From positions 704,001 to 768,000 of the forward strand of contig CAVYGN010000002.1 in NCBI GenBank assembly GCA_963768055.1: DNA of 64,000 bases, read 5' to 3'. The notes under the pieces are model-generated. The model was not told the DNA's origin, ran no database searches, and saw nothing but the letters and a program-made list of their open reading frames with translations. Source of the DNA: an uncultured Spirochaetota bacterium (GTDB lineage: Bacteria; Spirochaetota; Brevinematia; Brevinematales; JAOACQ01). The translations under genes were made by a program, and so were the position numbers. This document shows positions 38,950 through 49,370 of the stretch, in pieces (positions within the stretch are counted from its first letter, which is position 1; every line of letters starts with the position of its first letter).

Positions 38950-40662
38950 GTGGTCTTGAATGGAGCGAGAATATTAATAGAAAGCCTGAAAAAAGAGGGA
39001 GTCGATACTATTTTCGGATATCCCGGGGGGGTTGTAATTCCCCTTTTTGACGAATTATATGATGAGAATGATATAAGGCTCATTCATGTAAGGCATGAAC
39101 AGGGTGCTGCGCATATGGCTGACGGTTATGCGAGAGCGACCGGGAAAGTCGGCGTATGCCTTGCAACAAGCGGCCCGGGCGCCACTAATCTTGTAACCGG
39201 AATTGCAACTGCATATATGGATTCTATCCCTATTGTGGCGATTACAGGGCAGGTTGTCACATCGATGATCGGCAGCGACGCTTTTCAGGAGGCAGATATT
39301 ACGGGAATTACCAGGCCGATTACAAAACACAATTATCTGGTAAAGGATGTAAACGACCTCGCCGAAGTGATAAAAGAGTCTTTTTATATAGCGGCCACCG
39401 GAAGGCCCGGCCCGGTACTTATAGATATACCCAAGGACGTCTTTACAGGTAAAACCGAGTTTGAATATCCTTCAAAAGTAGCTCTCAGGGGTTACAATCC
39501 CAATGTCAGGGTGCACAAGGGCCAGATAAAAAAAGCAATGGAATTGATCGAATCGGCAAAAAAGCCCCTGATTTACTTTGGGGGAGGGGTGATTTTAAGC
39601 AATGCTTCTAAAGAGTTGACTGAATTTGTGAAATTGACTGGCATTCCCTGTACGGCGACCCTCATGGGTCTCGGCGCCTATCCGGTAAATAAGGATGACC
39701 CTCTTTACCTCGGGATGCTGGGTATGCATGGCACAGCTTACGCTAATTACGGCGTGCATCATTCCGATCTTATAATTGCCGTAGGGACAAGGTTCGATGA
39801 CCGGGTTACCGGCAGGATCGATGATTTTGCGCCGGGCGCCCGAATAATTCATATCGATATTGACCCTACTTCAATAAGTAAAACGGTTATTGTCGATGTT
39901 CCGATAGTCGGAGATGCTAAGAGCGTTCTAACGGAAATGATCAAATCGGCAAAACCCCTTAAAATTGACGAATGGATAAAACAGATAATAGACTGGAAAA
40001 AAAACCATCCCTTAACTTATCAGCAGAGCAGTGAAGAAATAAAGCCGCAGTATGTTATACAAAAGTTAAGTGAATTAACAAAAGGAAACGCCATTATCGC
40101 TACAGATGTGGGGCAGCATCAGATGTGGACATGCCAGTATTTCGATTTTAAAAGTCCGCGAACTTTTTTATCTTCAGGCGGCCTGGGTACGATGGGATAC
40201 GGATTGCCTGCGGCGATAGGCGCAATGGCCGGCATGAAAAACAAACTGGTTATAGATATAGCCGGAGACGGATCGATCCAGATGAATATTCAGGAGCTTG
40301 CCACGGCTAAAAGCCATGATATTAATGTAAAGGTTATAATAATGGATAATTCTTATTTGGGAATGGTCAGGCAATGGCAGGAATTGTTTTATAATAAGCG
40401 ATACTCAGCAGTGCTTCTTGAAAAACATGATCATAATAAGTCAACCGGGGAATACTATCCGGATTTTGTAAAAATAGCTGAGGCTTACGGGTTCTGGGGG
40501 AAGCGAGTTAATAAACCTTCAGAACTGGAATCGGCTATAAAAGAAATGATTTCTTTTGACGGCCCCGCCCTGCTCGATGTGATTATAACAAGGGAAGAAA
40601 ATGTTTACCCAATGGTGCCCCCTGGAGCTAGCCTGACTCAGATGATTGGAGGTCTGGCATGA
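38950..40662 (+). CDS. ilvB: Acetolactate synthase large subunit
   Basis: FGYPGG, RHEQGAAHMADGYAR, TSGPGATN, DVGQHQMW, GDGSIQMN, LGMVRQWQ. Confidence 0.98.
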   Translation: MVLNGARILIESLKKEGVDTIFGYPGGVVIPLFDELYDENDIRLIHVRHEQGAAHMADGYARATGKVGVCLATSGPGATNLVTGIATAYMDSIPIVAITGQVVTSMIGSDAFQEADITGITRPITKHNYLVKDVNDLAEVIKESFYIAATGRPGPVLIDIPKDVFTGKTEFEYPSKVALRGYNPNVRVHKGQIKKAMELIESAKKPLIYFGGGVILSNASKELTEFVKLTGIPCTATLMGLGAYPVNKDDPLYLGMLGMHGTAYANYGVHHSDLIIAVGTRFDDRVTGRIDDFAPGARIIHIDIDPTSISKTVIVDVPIVGDAKSVLTEMIKSAKPLKIDEWIKQIIDWKKNHPLTYQQSSEEIKPQYVIQKLSELTKGNAIIATDVGQHQMWTCQYFDFKSPRTFLSSGGLGTMGYGLPAAIGAMAGMKNKLVIDIAGDGSIQMNIQELATAKSHDINVKVIIMDNSYLGMVRQWQELFYNKRYSAVLLEKHDHNKSTGEYYPDFVKIAEAYGFWGKRVNKPSELESAIKEMISFDGPALLDVIITREENVYPMVPPGASLTQMIGGLA

Positions 40663-41135
40663 TAAAATATACCCTATCCGTTCTTGTAGAGAACCACTTT
40701 GGTGTACTTGCCAGGGTATCGGGGCTGTTTTCCGCAAGGGGATATAACATATCCAGCCTTGCGGTTGCCGAAACGGAAGATCCGAGCGTGTCAGTAATGA
40801 CTATTGTTGTAGACGGCGACGAGAGGGTAATCGATCAGGTGAAAAAGCAGTTGAACAAGCTTGTCGATGTAATAAAGGTTAAGGACCTTACTGAACAAGG
40901 GCATGTTTCGAGAGAACTGGCCCTTGTGAAAGTGGTTGTCGATTCGATTAAAAGAAGGGAAATAATAGAAATAGCTGACGTATTCAAGGGCAGGATCGTT
41001 GATATTTCCCATGATTCGCTTACAATCGAGGTTACTGGAGATTCATATAAAATCGATGCGATAATAGGGCTGCTGAAGGTTTATGAGATAAGAGAATTAG
41101 CCAGGACGGGCAGGGTAGCTTTATTACGGGGTTAG
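40659..41135 (+). CDS. ilvN: Acetolactate synthase small subunit
   Basis: LVENHFGVLARVSGLFSARGYNI, KQLNKLVDV, ELARTG. Confidence 0.97.
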   Translation: MIKYTLSVLVENHFGVLARVSGLFSARGYNISSLAVAETEDPSVSVMTIVVDGDERVIDQVKKQLNKLVDVIKVKDLTEQGHVSRELALVKVVVDSIKRREIIEIADVFKGRIVDISHDSLTIEVTGDSYKIDAIIGLLKVYEIRELARTGRVALLRG

Positions 41136-41146
41136 GTACTAAGGAA

Positions 41147-42052
41147 ATGAAGCCGGTCATCGCCCTAGCAGGCCCAGGAGTGCTTGAAAAAAGGATGTAT
41201 CTTTCCAACCTGCTGGAGAGTTTAGACAAAAAATCCGTATATACTTATTTCCTTGGTGAAACTGATGCCGCCTTAATATTTTCAGAATGCCGTCAGGATT
41301 CTCTTTTCAGTTCTACAAAAACTATTGTAGTCAAAAATATCGATCTGGTTAAAGAAAAGCAAAAAAAATCGTTCGAAGAGGCCCTTGACAGTTACCTCGA
41401 CGATATAAACCATAATGTCGTGCTGATTATCGTCCCGGATGAACTGCCGGCTGGATTGATCAATAAAATAAAGGAATCCGGAGAAGTCCTGCAATTCAAA
41501 AGGATGTATAAGAACGACCTGGCAGTTTACATAAGCAAACAATTGAACGGCTGCGGTGTCGGCTACGATAGGGAACTGCCTGATTTTATAGTGTCGCTTT
41601 CCAATGAGGATGAACTGGAAACTGAAAATATGCTTCAAAGCCTGATTTTTTTTTCAAGCGGAGGGAAGGCAATCTCGATCGCCGATGCAAGGTCGATTTT
41701 GGCTCGCTCTGCAAATATGGGCATATTTGACCTTATCGACGGTATTTTTGAGAAAAGTCCTAAAAAGGCCGCGCATGCCCTGTCCGATCTCCGGAGAGAG
41801 GGCGAACCTGTAACGCGGATGATTTACATGATAATGAGAAGCGCGAAAATGCTCTGGGGATTTTTATCCGCCGGCGATTCTAAATTGAAAGGCTATGAAT
41901 TGAATAAAATGAAGGTTTATTCTAAAAAATGCGATCTGAGGTTTGTCAGCAGAATATTCGCCCTGGCGGGGAAACTCGAACTGACGGCCAAATCCATGAA
42001 AGAAGAATTCTCATACATTGAACTGGAGAATTTTATTTTTAGTATGAATTAA
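41147..42052 (+). CDS. holA: DNA polymerase III delta subunit
   Basis: DSLFSSTKTIVVKN, IFDLIDGI, size ~300 aa. Confidence 0.8.
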   Translation: MKPVIALAGPGVLEKRMYLSNLLESLDKKSVYTYFLGETDAALIFSECRQDSLFSSTKTIVVKNIDLVKEKQKKSFEEALDSYLDDINHNVVLIIVPDELPAGLINKIKESGEVLQFKRMYKNDLAVYISKQLNGCGVGYDRELPDFIVSLSNEDELETENMLQSLIFFSSGGKAISIADARSILARSANMGIFDLIDGIFEKSPKKAAHALSDLRREGEPVTRMIYMIMRSAKMLWGFLSAGDSKLKGYELNKMKVYSKKCDLRFVSRIFALAGKLELTAKSMKEEFSYIELENFIFSMN

Positions 42053-42059
42053 AGAATTT

Positions 42060-42132
42060 TGAGCCGCATGGGGGTCGAACCCATGGCCCTCACATTAAAA
42101 GTGTGATGCTCTACCAGCTGAGCTAGCGGCCC
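42060..42132 (-). tRNA. tRNA-Lys(TTT)
   Basis: Minus strand GGGCCGC.../GCGGCTC-A, anticodon arm TCACA-CTTTTAA-TGTGA, GGTTCGA. Confidence 0.97.
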
Positions 42133-42143
42133 AAAAGAACGTT

Positions 42144-42172
42144 ATTATAACAAACACGCAAGGCAGCGTCAA
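42144..42172 (-). promoter_or_regulatory. sigma70 promoter of tRNA-Lys (overlaps the secF stop)
   Basis: TTGACG, 17 bp, TATAAT. Confidence 0.65.
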
Positions 42173-43197
42173 GATTTAACTGAGTTGACGGCCTTTGCAC
42201 GGTATGCTTTGGATCCTTTTAAATTTGCGTCATATGATTTCCGCAGCATGTAAGTGATCGGCGCGGCGATAAAAATGGACGAGTATGTACCGTCAACAAC
42301 CCCGATCAGCATTAAGAGGGCGAAATATTTCATCACTATCCCGCCCCAGATAAATATCGATAAAACCATAATAAAAACTGTTAAAGAAGTAATGATTGTC
42401 CTGCTCAGTGTCTGAGTTATACTTCTGTTAATAATATTCTCGTAATCCCCGTCCCTGTTCAGAGAATGAATTTCCCTGATTCTGTCGAAGACAACGATCG
42501 TATCGTTGGTGGAGTATCCGATTATGGTCAATATAGCCGCTATTACAGTTATATCTATAGGTATATTAAGAATCAGTGTGCAGGAAAGCATAAAAAGCAC
42601 ATCATGGAACAGGGCGCCGATGGCTCCGGCTCCATAAAACAGATCGAACCGGATGAAAACATAAACAAGTATCCCTCCGGCTGCTATAAGGATAAGGTAT
42701 AAGGCTTTCAAGCTGAAATCCTTGCCTATTCTCGCGTCAACTTTTTCAGATCCTTTTATAATAACGTTTTCCTGTCCATAACTTTTATTAAGTATATCGG
42801 AGATCAATCGCACCTCATCAGTGGAGTTTTCACTCGTGAATATCGGAAGGGTGATCAGGAACTGATTGTCCTGAGTGTTGCCAAGGGTGTTTACATCAGC
42901 CTCGATTTTAGCGTTTTTAAAAATATTTCTAATATCTTTAATATTGACATTTTGATTTTTAATTTGGGCCTCGACCTTTATACCGCCCTTGAAATCTATC
43001 CCGAGCGGAAAACCGCCCCTTATAAAGAACATAGTAAAACCTGTAATGATTACAAGGGCGGAAATACCGAAAAGAGTAAACCAGCGATAGGATATAAACG
43101 GAATGATCGTTTGTATGTTAATCCCGAATATCCTTGTCTGGTGATCCGATTTTTCCGCTGTTAAATTTGCTGCATTTTTATTGCTATTTGAATTCAT
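42169..43197 (-). CDS. secF: Protein translocase subunit SecF
   Basis: LGIDFKGG, ALFHDV, GYSTNDTIVVFDRIRE, TLSRTIITS. Confidence 0.97.
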   Translation of the reverse strand: MNSNSNKNAANLTAEKSDHQTRIFGINIQTIIPFISYRWFTLFGISALVIITGFTMFFIRGGFPLGIDFKGGIKVEAQIKNQNVNIKDIRNIFKNAKIEADVNTLGNTQDNQFLITLPIFTSENSTDEVRLISDILNKSYGQENVIIKGSEKVDARIGKDFSLKALYLILIAAGGILVYVFIRFDLFYGAGAIGALFHDVLFMLSCTLILNIPIDITVIAAILTIIGYSTNDTIVVFDRIREIHSLNRDGDYENIINRSITQTLSRTIITSLTVFIMVLSIFIWGGIVMKYFALLMLIGVVDGTYSSIFIAAPITYMLRKSYDANLKGSKAYRAKAVNSVKS

Positions 43198-43208
43198 TAT
43201 AAATCTCC

Positions 43209-44759
43209 TTATACGCTGATTCTTTCAACTCTGAAGGTATCGAGTATCCAATCGTAAACAAGGTGTGTAATAAATAAAGAGGCGAAAATATTGGCCAGAA
43301 TACCGATCATCAGTGTTAAGCCGAATCCTTGAATAGAACCCGAACCCTTCCCGAAGGCAAAAAGCGCAAAACCTGCGATAAGAGTAGTGACATTCGAATC
43401 GACGATCGTAGGTGTGGCATGCAGGAACCCGTTTTCCAGGGCATGCCTGTAACTGCGAGACCGGCGCAGCTCTTCACGCATCCTTTCGTATATGATAACA
43501 TTCGCGTCAACAGCAATACCTACGGTCAGGAATAATGCCGCAATACCCGACAGAGTGAGAGTCCAATGAAAACCTGCCGTGAATGCGATAAGATAGAACA
43601 TTGTAAACAACAATGAGAAAATAGATAATAAACCCGAGACCCTGTAATAAAAAATCATAAATGCTATAACAAATGCCGCTCCGATAAGGCCGGCTGTAAC
43701 CATGTCCTTGATTGAATCCTCTCCCAGGGAAGCGCCTATGACCCTTTCCTGTACAATATCGATTTTTACAGGCAGCGATCCGGCTTTCAGGACGTTTTGA
43801 AGAAAAGTGGCTTCTTCGGCAGTAAAATCGCCGCTTATCTGGCCGCTCCCGCCGGCTATCTCGGAGTTTATGACGGGGGCGCTGGTTACTTTATCGTCAA
43901 GCACTATGGCAAGCCTGTTCTTTACATTCTGGGCTGTTACCTCGTCAAAAATATCCGCCCCTTCCGGAGTGAGGGTAAAATTGATAATGTTGCCGCCGAA
44001 CTGGTCATGGTCCGCCTTGGCGTTATTTATCATTGTCCCGTCGAGCTCGACCTTCTTAAAAAGAACAATCCATCCCTTAAGTTTGGGAATCTGGAATTCG
44101 TCATTTTTCCAGCATGAAGCCCATTCCGAACCCGGAGGAAGCTGAAAATTCGTAGGCACATCCTGGCGGGATGCCACCCAATCCTCCCTTGAAACCATGG
44201 GCACCTTTAAGGCCTCAAGTTCCTTCATTGTTTTTTCATCCACGATTTTGAACTCGAGTTTTCCTACTTTGCTCATCTCATCCATGGCTAACTGGGGATC
44301 GCTTAATCCGGGCAGTTCAACAGAAATCCTACCCTCGTAAGTTTTCTGTATCAAGGGTTCGGCTACCCCGAACTGGTCGATCCTGTTTTTTAGTACAGTG
44401 AGGGCGCGGTCAACGGAATTGGCGTATTCTGCTTTATATTCGGTGTTAAGTTTATTTGTATCGAAATCGTATCTTTCCAGGAGAAGGTTTGTCAGGCTTT
44501 CTTCGTTTATCTGCAAGGTAAGGTTAACGCCGCCCTGGAGATCCAGGCCGAGATTGACGGCCCCTTTCCTGATATTCTTGACTTCCAGTGCCCTTTTTTT
44601 CATTTCGACACTTTGAATGTCAAGCTGGTCCTGGGATAACTTCAACAGGTCCTTTTCCTTCTGGGGTAAAAAAAAGTACCACTCTATTGACGGCAGAAGA
44701 AAAACAAAGGATAATCCTATTGTTATCATCAGGATTACTAAACGCGTTAATTTACTCAT
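43209..44759 (-). CDS. secD: Protein translocase subunit SecD
   Basis: LGLDLQGG, RIDQFGVAEP, LAIVLD, LKAGSLP, GIAVDANVIIYERMREE. Confidence 0.97.
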   Translation of the reverse strand: MSKLTRLVILMITIGLSFVFLLPSIEWYFFLPQKEKDLLKLSQDQLDIQSVEMKKRALEVKNIRKGAVNLGLDLQGGVNLTLQINEESLTNLLLERYDFDTNKLNTEYKAEYANSVDRALTVLKNRIDQFGVAEPLIQKTYEGRISVELPGLSDPQLAMDEMSKVGKLEFKIVDEKTMKELEALKVPMVSREDWVASRQDVPTNFQLPPGSEWASCWKNDEFQIPKLKGWIVLFKKVELDGTMINNAKADHDQFGGNIINFTLTPEGADIFDEVTAQNVKNRLAIVLDDKVTSAPVINSEIAGGSGQISGDFTAEEATFLQNVLKAGSLPVKIDIVQERVIGASLGEDSIKDMVTAGLIGAAFVIAFMIFYYRVSGLLSIFSLLFTMFYLIAFTAGFHWTLTLSGIAALFLTVGIAVDANVIIYERMREELRRSRSYRHALENGFLHATPTIVDSNVTTLIAGFALFAFGKGSGSIQGFGLTLMIGILANIFASLFITHLVYDWILDTFRVERISV

Positions 44760-44793
44760 TGACAAACCTCCATCGGAAAGTGAATGGGAAAGT

Positions 44794-45099
44794 TTATTGG
44801 TTTTTAATGATTGCCGCGATCGATTCTTTTGCTACTTCGAGCTTTGATTCCAGGCTCTTGATATAAATCGATTTTTCGGATATGAAATCGATAGTACCGT
44901 AAATACCGCTGTTCGTCAGCACCTTATCGCCGGGTTTCATCTGGCTTATCTGCTGTTTAAGCTTTTTCCGCCTGTTGCTTTCGGGAAGGAACAGTACAAG
45001 GTATATGATCACGAACATACCTATGATAATAAAAATCTGGGTATAACCGCCCAAACCACTTGCGCCGGGTAAAGTCTGAGCATAGATGAGATTAGACAT
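44794..45099 (-). CDS. yajC: Preprotein translocase subunit YajC
   Basis: Single TM, KPGDKVLTNSGIYG; upstream of secDF; GGAGG SD before ATG 45099. Confidence 0.93.
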   Translation of the reverse strand: MSNLIYAQTLPGASGLGGYTQIFIIIGMFVIIYLVLFLPESNRRKKLKQQISQMKPGDKVLTNSGIYGTIDFISEKSIYIKSLESKLEVAKESIAAIIKNQ

Positions 45100-45145
45100 T
45101 TTGGCCTCCTTTTTCATTGAAGTATTAAATGCAAAGTTGGAAAAT

Positions 45146-45174
45146 ATTATAAGTTAGAAAACAAAAATCGTCAA
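45146..45174 (-). promoter_or_regulatory. sigma70 promoter of yajC-secDF
   Basis: TTGACG, 17 bp, TATAAT. Confidence 0.65.
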
Positions 45175-45237
45175 ATGCTACCGCTTTAATGTTTTAGGCA
45201 ATTCAGGATATGTTATTGGGTTATCGCAGATGAGTCC

Positions 45238-46079
45238 TTACTGACTCACATTCGAGATTTCCTCCAGTACAAGCATTCCGCCCGCCATACCGCCCTTTAT
45301 TACAAGCGATCTGTCTGAATCTTCCACAAGGTAAACAATGGATTTCAAGTATGGGTCCATCAGCCGGGCGATGAAAGGATCCGCCATCATAAAGTTGAAT
45401 TTATTTACATTGAAGGTTCCGGCTTTTGTTTCTACAGACTCTTTCAATAGATATTTACATGTCACAGCTATCGGTCCTTTTACGGCCTCCGGAACAATGG
45501 AATAGCAAATACCGCCATTCCGGGAGTCAAGAAAGCGCATAAAAAAAGCTGCATTCCCCACATATCCATCGATGGAACGCTTGTATCGAATTTTACTATG
45601 TATGTGCTTTCGTTGATCTTTTTATCAGCTTGATAGCCATGTATGTATTCCACTTCCCCTTTTTCCGGGTCCATCCTGTAATGCCAGTATCCGCCTTTTG
45701 TCCAGTTCTTTGCGGCGCCTGGCTTCAGATCTCCTTCCGATTCTATTACAGAACCGATCCCGGGATCGAACACGAAAAATATAGGCCAGCGCTTGTAATT
45801 AACAGGCGGTTTTGCCTTTTCAGAAACCGGAACGATATCGAGGTAAGTCATGTAAAATATTTTCCCACTCCTGCCGGCGATCTTTCTGGTAATATAGTAA
45901 CAATCATTAACCTTTTCTCCGCCGTAGTAACCGGCATAATGAAGATACTCGCCGTCCGGAATGTCAATACGGGCATTTACTTTCATCGGGAAATACCTGC
46001 CCCCCTTGCCGCATGCTGCCGCTGCTGCCAGCGACAGTATCAATCCGATGGAAAAGAGAAAACGATAACTTATTATCAT
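45238..46079 (-). pseudogene. Frameshifted DUF3108-like lipoprotein gene (paralogue of 58844-59701)
   Basis: Two overlapping ORFs match the N- and C-halves of the 58844-59701 protein; one extra T in the T7 run (A7 at 45541-45547) joins them into 280 aa; lipobox AAAC. Confidence 0.8.
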
Positions 46080-46127
46080 ATAATCATATCCCCTGAAAAT
46101 CCCGGAATTTATTGAATATATAAACTG

Positions 46128-46155
46128 TTGACTTTCGACTGCTGACTGATGACTG
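46128..46155. repeat. Short heptameric tandem repeat
   Basis: TTGACTT TCGACTG CTGACTG ATGACTG: GACT recurs at 46130, 46137, 46144, 46151. Confidence 0.55.
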
Positions 46156-46237
46156 CGGCCCTCACCTTAAATTTTGATATTTTAATTTATAAGGCTTATA
46201 ATAATGGCACTAATTTTGTTATTGGAGTAAACAACTT

Positions 46238-47983
46238 ATGAATACAGGATACGAAAGAAGGATGATGATAGTTTTTCTCCTGTCGCTTGGGCTGATGATA
46301 GCATCTCTTTATTTTTTACCTCGTAATAAAGGACCCGTGAATACGGAACAAACCCAGACGCAGGCGACAAACGTCATTGAAAACAAGACGGCTGCGGTAA
46401 CCAATACAGTGATAAGCGCTCCTGTCAATTGGGAAAAAAACGCATCTCCCACTAATATCACTATAGCTTACAGGGATCAGATATCCGTCGGGATAAACAC
46501 CTTCGGGGGAAGAGTTTCGAAAGTTTCCCTCAACGGTTTCTGGAACAGAAAAAAAACTGCTATTGATGTGGTTTCTCCGGAAAATCCCTATCGCATAGGC
46601 GATACTGTTTTCGGACCGTTTGAAAACACAAGCCTTGTAACAGACAGGCCGGCTTTCACGATAACGGGAATTACAAACGATTCAGTCGAATTGTCAGCGA
46701 AGATAATAACCGGAAAGGACATTTTTAAGGTAATTAAAACGTTATCTGTCGGCAGCAATTATCAGATATTCGAGGAATTAAGGCTCACAAACCTGTCTCA
46801 GAGGAAAATATCGTTCGATTATAAAGGGGCTTCTTTATCTTTTCCCGCGAGCATTGCTTTTGTCAGCCTGGAATCGGCTAATCCGGGAAATCAGCTTATC
46901 GAGCAGTATTATAATGGAAGCGGACTTGTAAGTTCGCTGCCCGGCGGATTTTTATTCTTCTCAAAGTCCATTTTGACTAACTCGGTTACGAATTCCAGAT
47001 GGCTAAGCGTGAAAGACAATTATTTCGTTTCGATTATGAGACCGTCGTTCGATGGTTTTACAGCAAAGTTCATGGTACTGAAACAAACAAATGCCTATAA
47101 AGAAGATGCTTTGGGTATTGAAATGGCTCCTTTCTCGCTCGGGCCGAACGAAAGCAAATCTTTCAAGGTTTCCTATTATATAGGGCCAAAGAAGGAAGAG
47201 ATACTCGATAAAGTCGATGAGGAATGGCTTAATAAAAACGAGGCCGGCAATAAAAACAAGGTTAAATCTTATTACCAGTTTTTCCTGTGGTGGCCGGTAT
47301 TCAACTGGTTCATGAAGCCCATTGAATGGATAATGGTCAAATTGATGTATGTAATATCCCTGGTGGTTCCAAATTGGGGCTTAATTATAATCCTTCTTGC
47401 GATTGTAATCAAATTCGCCCTTTCCCCCCTGTCCATACAATCAGCCCGTTCGATAAAGAGATCGAACTTACTGCAGCCGAAATTGAAGAGCCTTCAGGAA
47501 AAATATAAAGGCGATCAGCAGACTTTAAACCAGAAAATGGCAGAGCTTTATAAAAAAGAAGGGGTCAACCCCCTCGGAGGATGCCTGCCGATGCTGCTGC
47601 AGATTCCTGTGTTTTTCGCTCTTCTACGCGTTTTACAGAATTCAGTCGATCTTAAAGGGGCAAGCTTTCTCTGGATGACCGACCTGACTCAGCCTGACAC
47701 CCTGTTTAAAATGAGCATTCCATTTCTGCCAAACACATTTAATCTGCTACCGTTATTAATGACGGGAATACAGCTCGTTCAGATGAGGCTGCAGGCCATG
47801 AAAACAGCATCCGCAGGGGCCAATCAACAAAATGCTATGAACATGTATATCATGCCGCTTATATTTTTGTTTATTTTCTGGTCTATGCCCTCGGGTCTGG
47901 TCCTTTACTGGACGATTCAAAGCATTTATACCATTTTTGAACAGGAATATATAAATCTTGACAAGCATGTACGGCTCAAATAA
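46238..47983 (+). CDS. yidC: Membrane protein insertase YidC
   Basis: YIGPK, NWGLIIILL, LQPKLKSLQEKYK, NPLGGCLPMLLQIPVFFAL, DLTQPD, PSGLVLYW. Confidence 0.97.
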   Translation: MNTGYERRMMIVFLLSLGLMIASLYFLPRNKGPVNTEQTQTQATNVIENKTAAVTNTVISAPVNWEKNASPTNITIAYRDQISVGINTFGGRVSKVSLNGFWNRKKTAIDVVSPENPYRIGDTVFGPFENTSLVTDRPAFTITGITNDSVELSAKIITGKDIFKVIKTLSVGSNYQIFEELRLTNLSQRKISFDYKGASLSFPASIAFVSLESANPGNQLIEQYYNGSGLVSSLPGGFLFFSKSILTNSVTNSRWLSVKDNYFVSIMRPSFDGFTAKFMVLKQTNAYKEDALGIEMAPFSLGPNESKSFKVSYYIGPKKEEILDKVDEEWLNKNEAGNKNKVKSYYQFFLWWPVFNWFMKPIEWIMVKLMYVISLVVPNWGLIIILLAIVIKFALSPLSIQSARSIKRSNLLQPKLKSLQEKYKGDQQTLNQKMAELYKKEGVNPLGGCLPMLLQIPVFFALLRVLQNSVDLKGASFLWMTDLTQPDTLFKMSIPFLPNTFNLLPLLMTGIQLVQMRLQAMKTASAGANQQNAMNMYIMPLIFLFIFWSMPSGLVLYWTIQSIYTIFEQEYINLDKHVRLK

Positions 47984-47996
47984 TAAATAATATGAA

Positions 47997-49361
47997 ATGA
48001 AAGACACCATTATAGCCCTCGCGACTCCATCAGGAGAAAGCGCCCTTGGGCTTATCAGGCTTTCCGGGCCGGCGGCCTTGGAAAACACGAATAAACTTGT
48101 TAAGTTCAACTCCAGAGAAAGCCTGGAAACCCGGTTAATAAGAGTAGGCAAGATAATTTATCCCGAAAACAATCTTATCGATGAGGCCTGCATTGTATTT
48201 AATAAGGCGCCCGAATCTTATACAGGCGAAGATACCATAGAAATAACATGCCATGGAAATCCCCTCATCATTAATGAAATCCTGCATGCTTACATGTCTC
48301 TCGGCGTGCGAATGGCCCGGTCCGGTGAATTCACTGAAAGGGCTTTTTTAAACGGGAAACTCGACTTAACAAGCGCTGAAGCTGTCAACGATATAATAAA
48401 GGCCCGGACGAGATATTCCAAGGCTGCAGCTCTAAACCAGATGCAGGGTAAATTATATACTGAAATTAATAGTATACATATGAAAGTAATGGAACTCCTG
48501 GCTGAACTCGAAGCATCGATCGATCACAGTGACCTGGATGAAAAATTCATTGAATATGATGAAATAAAATCCATTATAAATATTCTTATAGGACAAACTG
48601 ACAGCCTTCTCAATACAGCACCGGCTGGAAAAATGGCTGGAAATGGCGTACAAGTTGTAATAATCGGGGCCCCGAATACCGGAAAATCAAGCCTTATGAA
48701 TTTATTACTAAGGGAAGACCGTGTCATTGTTTCTGAAATTCCGGGAACAACGAGGGATGTTATTCATGAAACCCTCAATATCAAGGGTATTTCAGTTAAT
48801 ATTTTTGATACTGCAGGTTTGAGAAATGCAGGGGATTTCCTGGAGAGAAAGGGCATGGAAAAGACCATTGAGCTTCTTAAGAGCAGCGATATCAGGATTA
48901 TTATGCTTGACGCCTCAAGGCCTTTCAATGAAGAGGATTCCCGGATCGTTGAGAAAGTGAAGGGGCTCTTCAATATCTTTGTCCTTAATAAAATAGATCT
49001 GAAACACACTTTGGAATTAAACAATGTAAGAAAACTTTTCGGGGTTGAAGCGATACCGTTCTCTGCCGCGACTGGAGAAGGTCTTGAATTTCTGGAGAAA
49101 GCGGTTTATGATTTTTATTTCTCATTCGGTTATAATCCCGAGAAAGATACACTGATTGCTAACGCAAGGCAGGAAGACCTGCTGAGGAAAACCAGGGAAT
49201 GCCTTTTGAAAGGTTTTGAAAGCCTTGAAAAAGGATTATCAACGGAGTTTACAGCCAGTGATATCCAGGGAGCCGGCAAATATCTTGAAGAGATAACGGG
49301 TAAAAGTTCTGACGAATTTCTTCTGGAAAGGATTTTTTCGAAGTTCTGCATCGGCAAATAA
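47997..49361 (+). CDS. mnmE: tRNA modification GTPase MnmE/TrmE
   Basis: DTIIALAT, GEFTERAFLNGKLDL, GAPNTGKSS, PGTTRD, DTAG, C-terminal FCIGK. Confidence 0.98.
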   Translation: MKDTIIALATPSGESALGLIRLSGPAALENTNKLVKFNSRESLETRLIRVGKIIYPENNLIDEACIVFNKAPESYTGEDTIEITCHGNPLIINEILHAYMSLGVRMARSGEFTERAFLNGKLDLTSAEAVNDIIKARTRYSKAAALNQMQGKLYTEINSIHMKVMELLAELEASIDHSDLDEKFIEYDEIKSIINILIGQTDSLLNTAPAGKMAGNGVQVVIIGAPNTGKSSLMNLLLREDRVIVSEIPGTTRDVIHETLNIKGISVNIFDTAGLRNAGDFLERKGMEKTIELLKSSDIRIIMLDASRPFNEEDSRIVEKVKGLFNIFVLNKIDLKHTLELNNVRKLFGVEAIPFSAATGEGLEFLEKAVYDFYFSFGYNPEKDTLIANARQEDLLRKTRECLLKGFESLEKGLSTEFTASDIQGAGKYLEEITGKSSDEFLLERIFSKFCIGK

Positions 49362-49370
49362 GGAGAGTTA

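Noticed and set aside
46205..46219. sigma54-like TGGCAC-TAATT-TTGT upstream of yidC
   Set aside because: The -12 C is missing, and the implied start site would fall downstream of the SD
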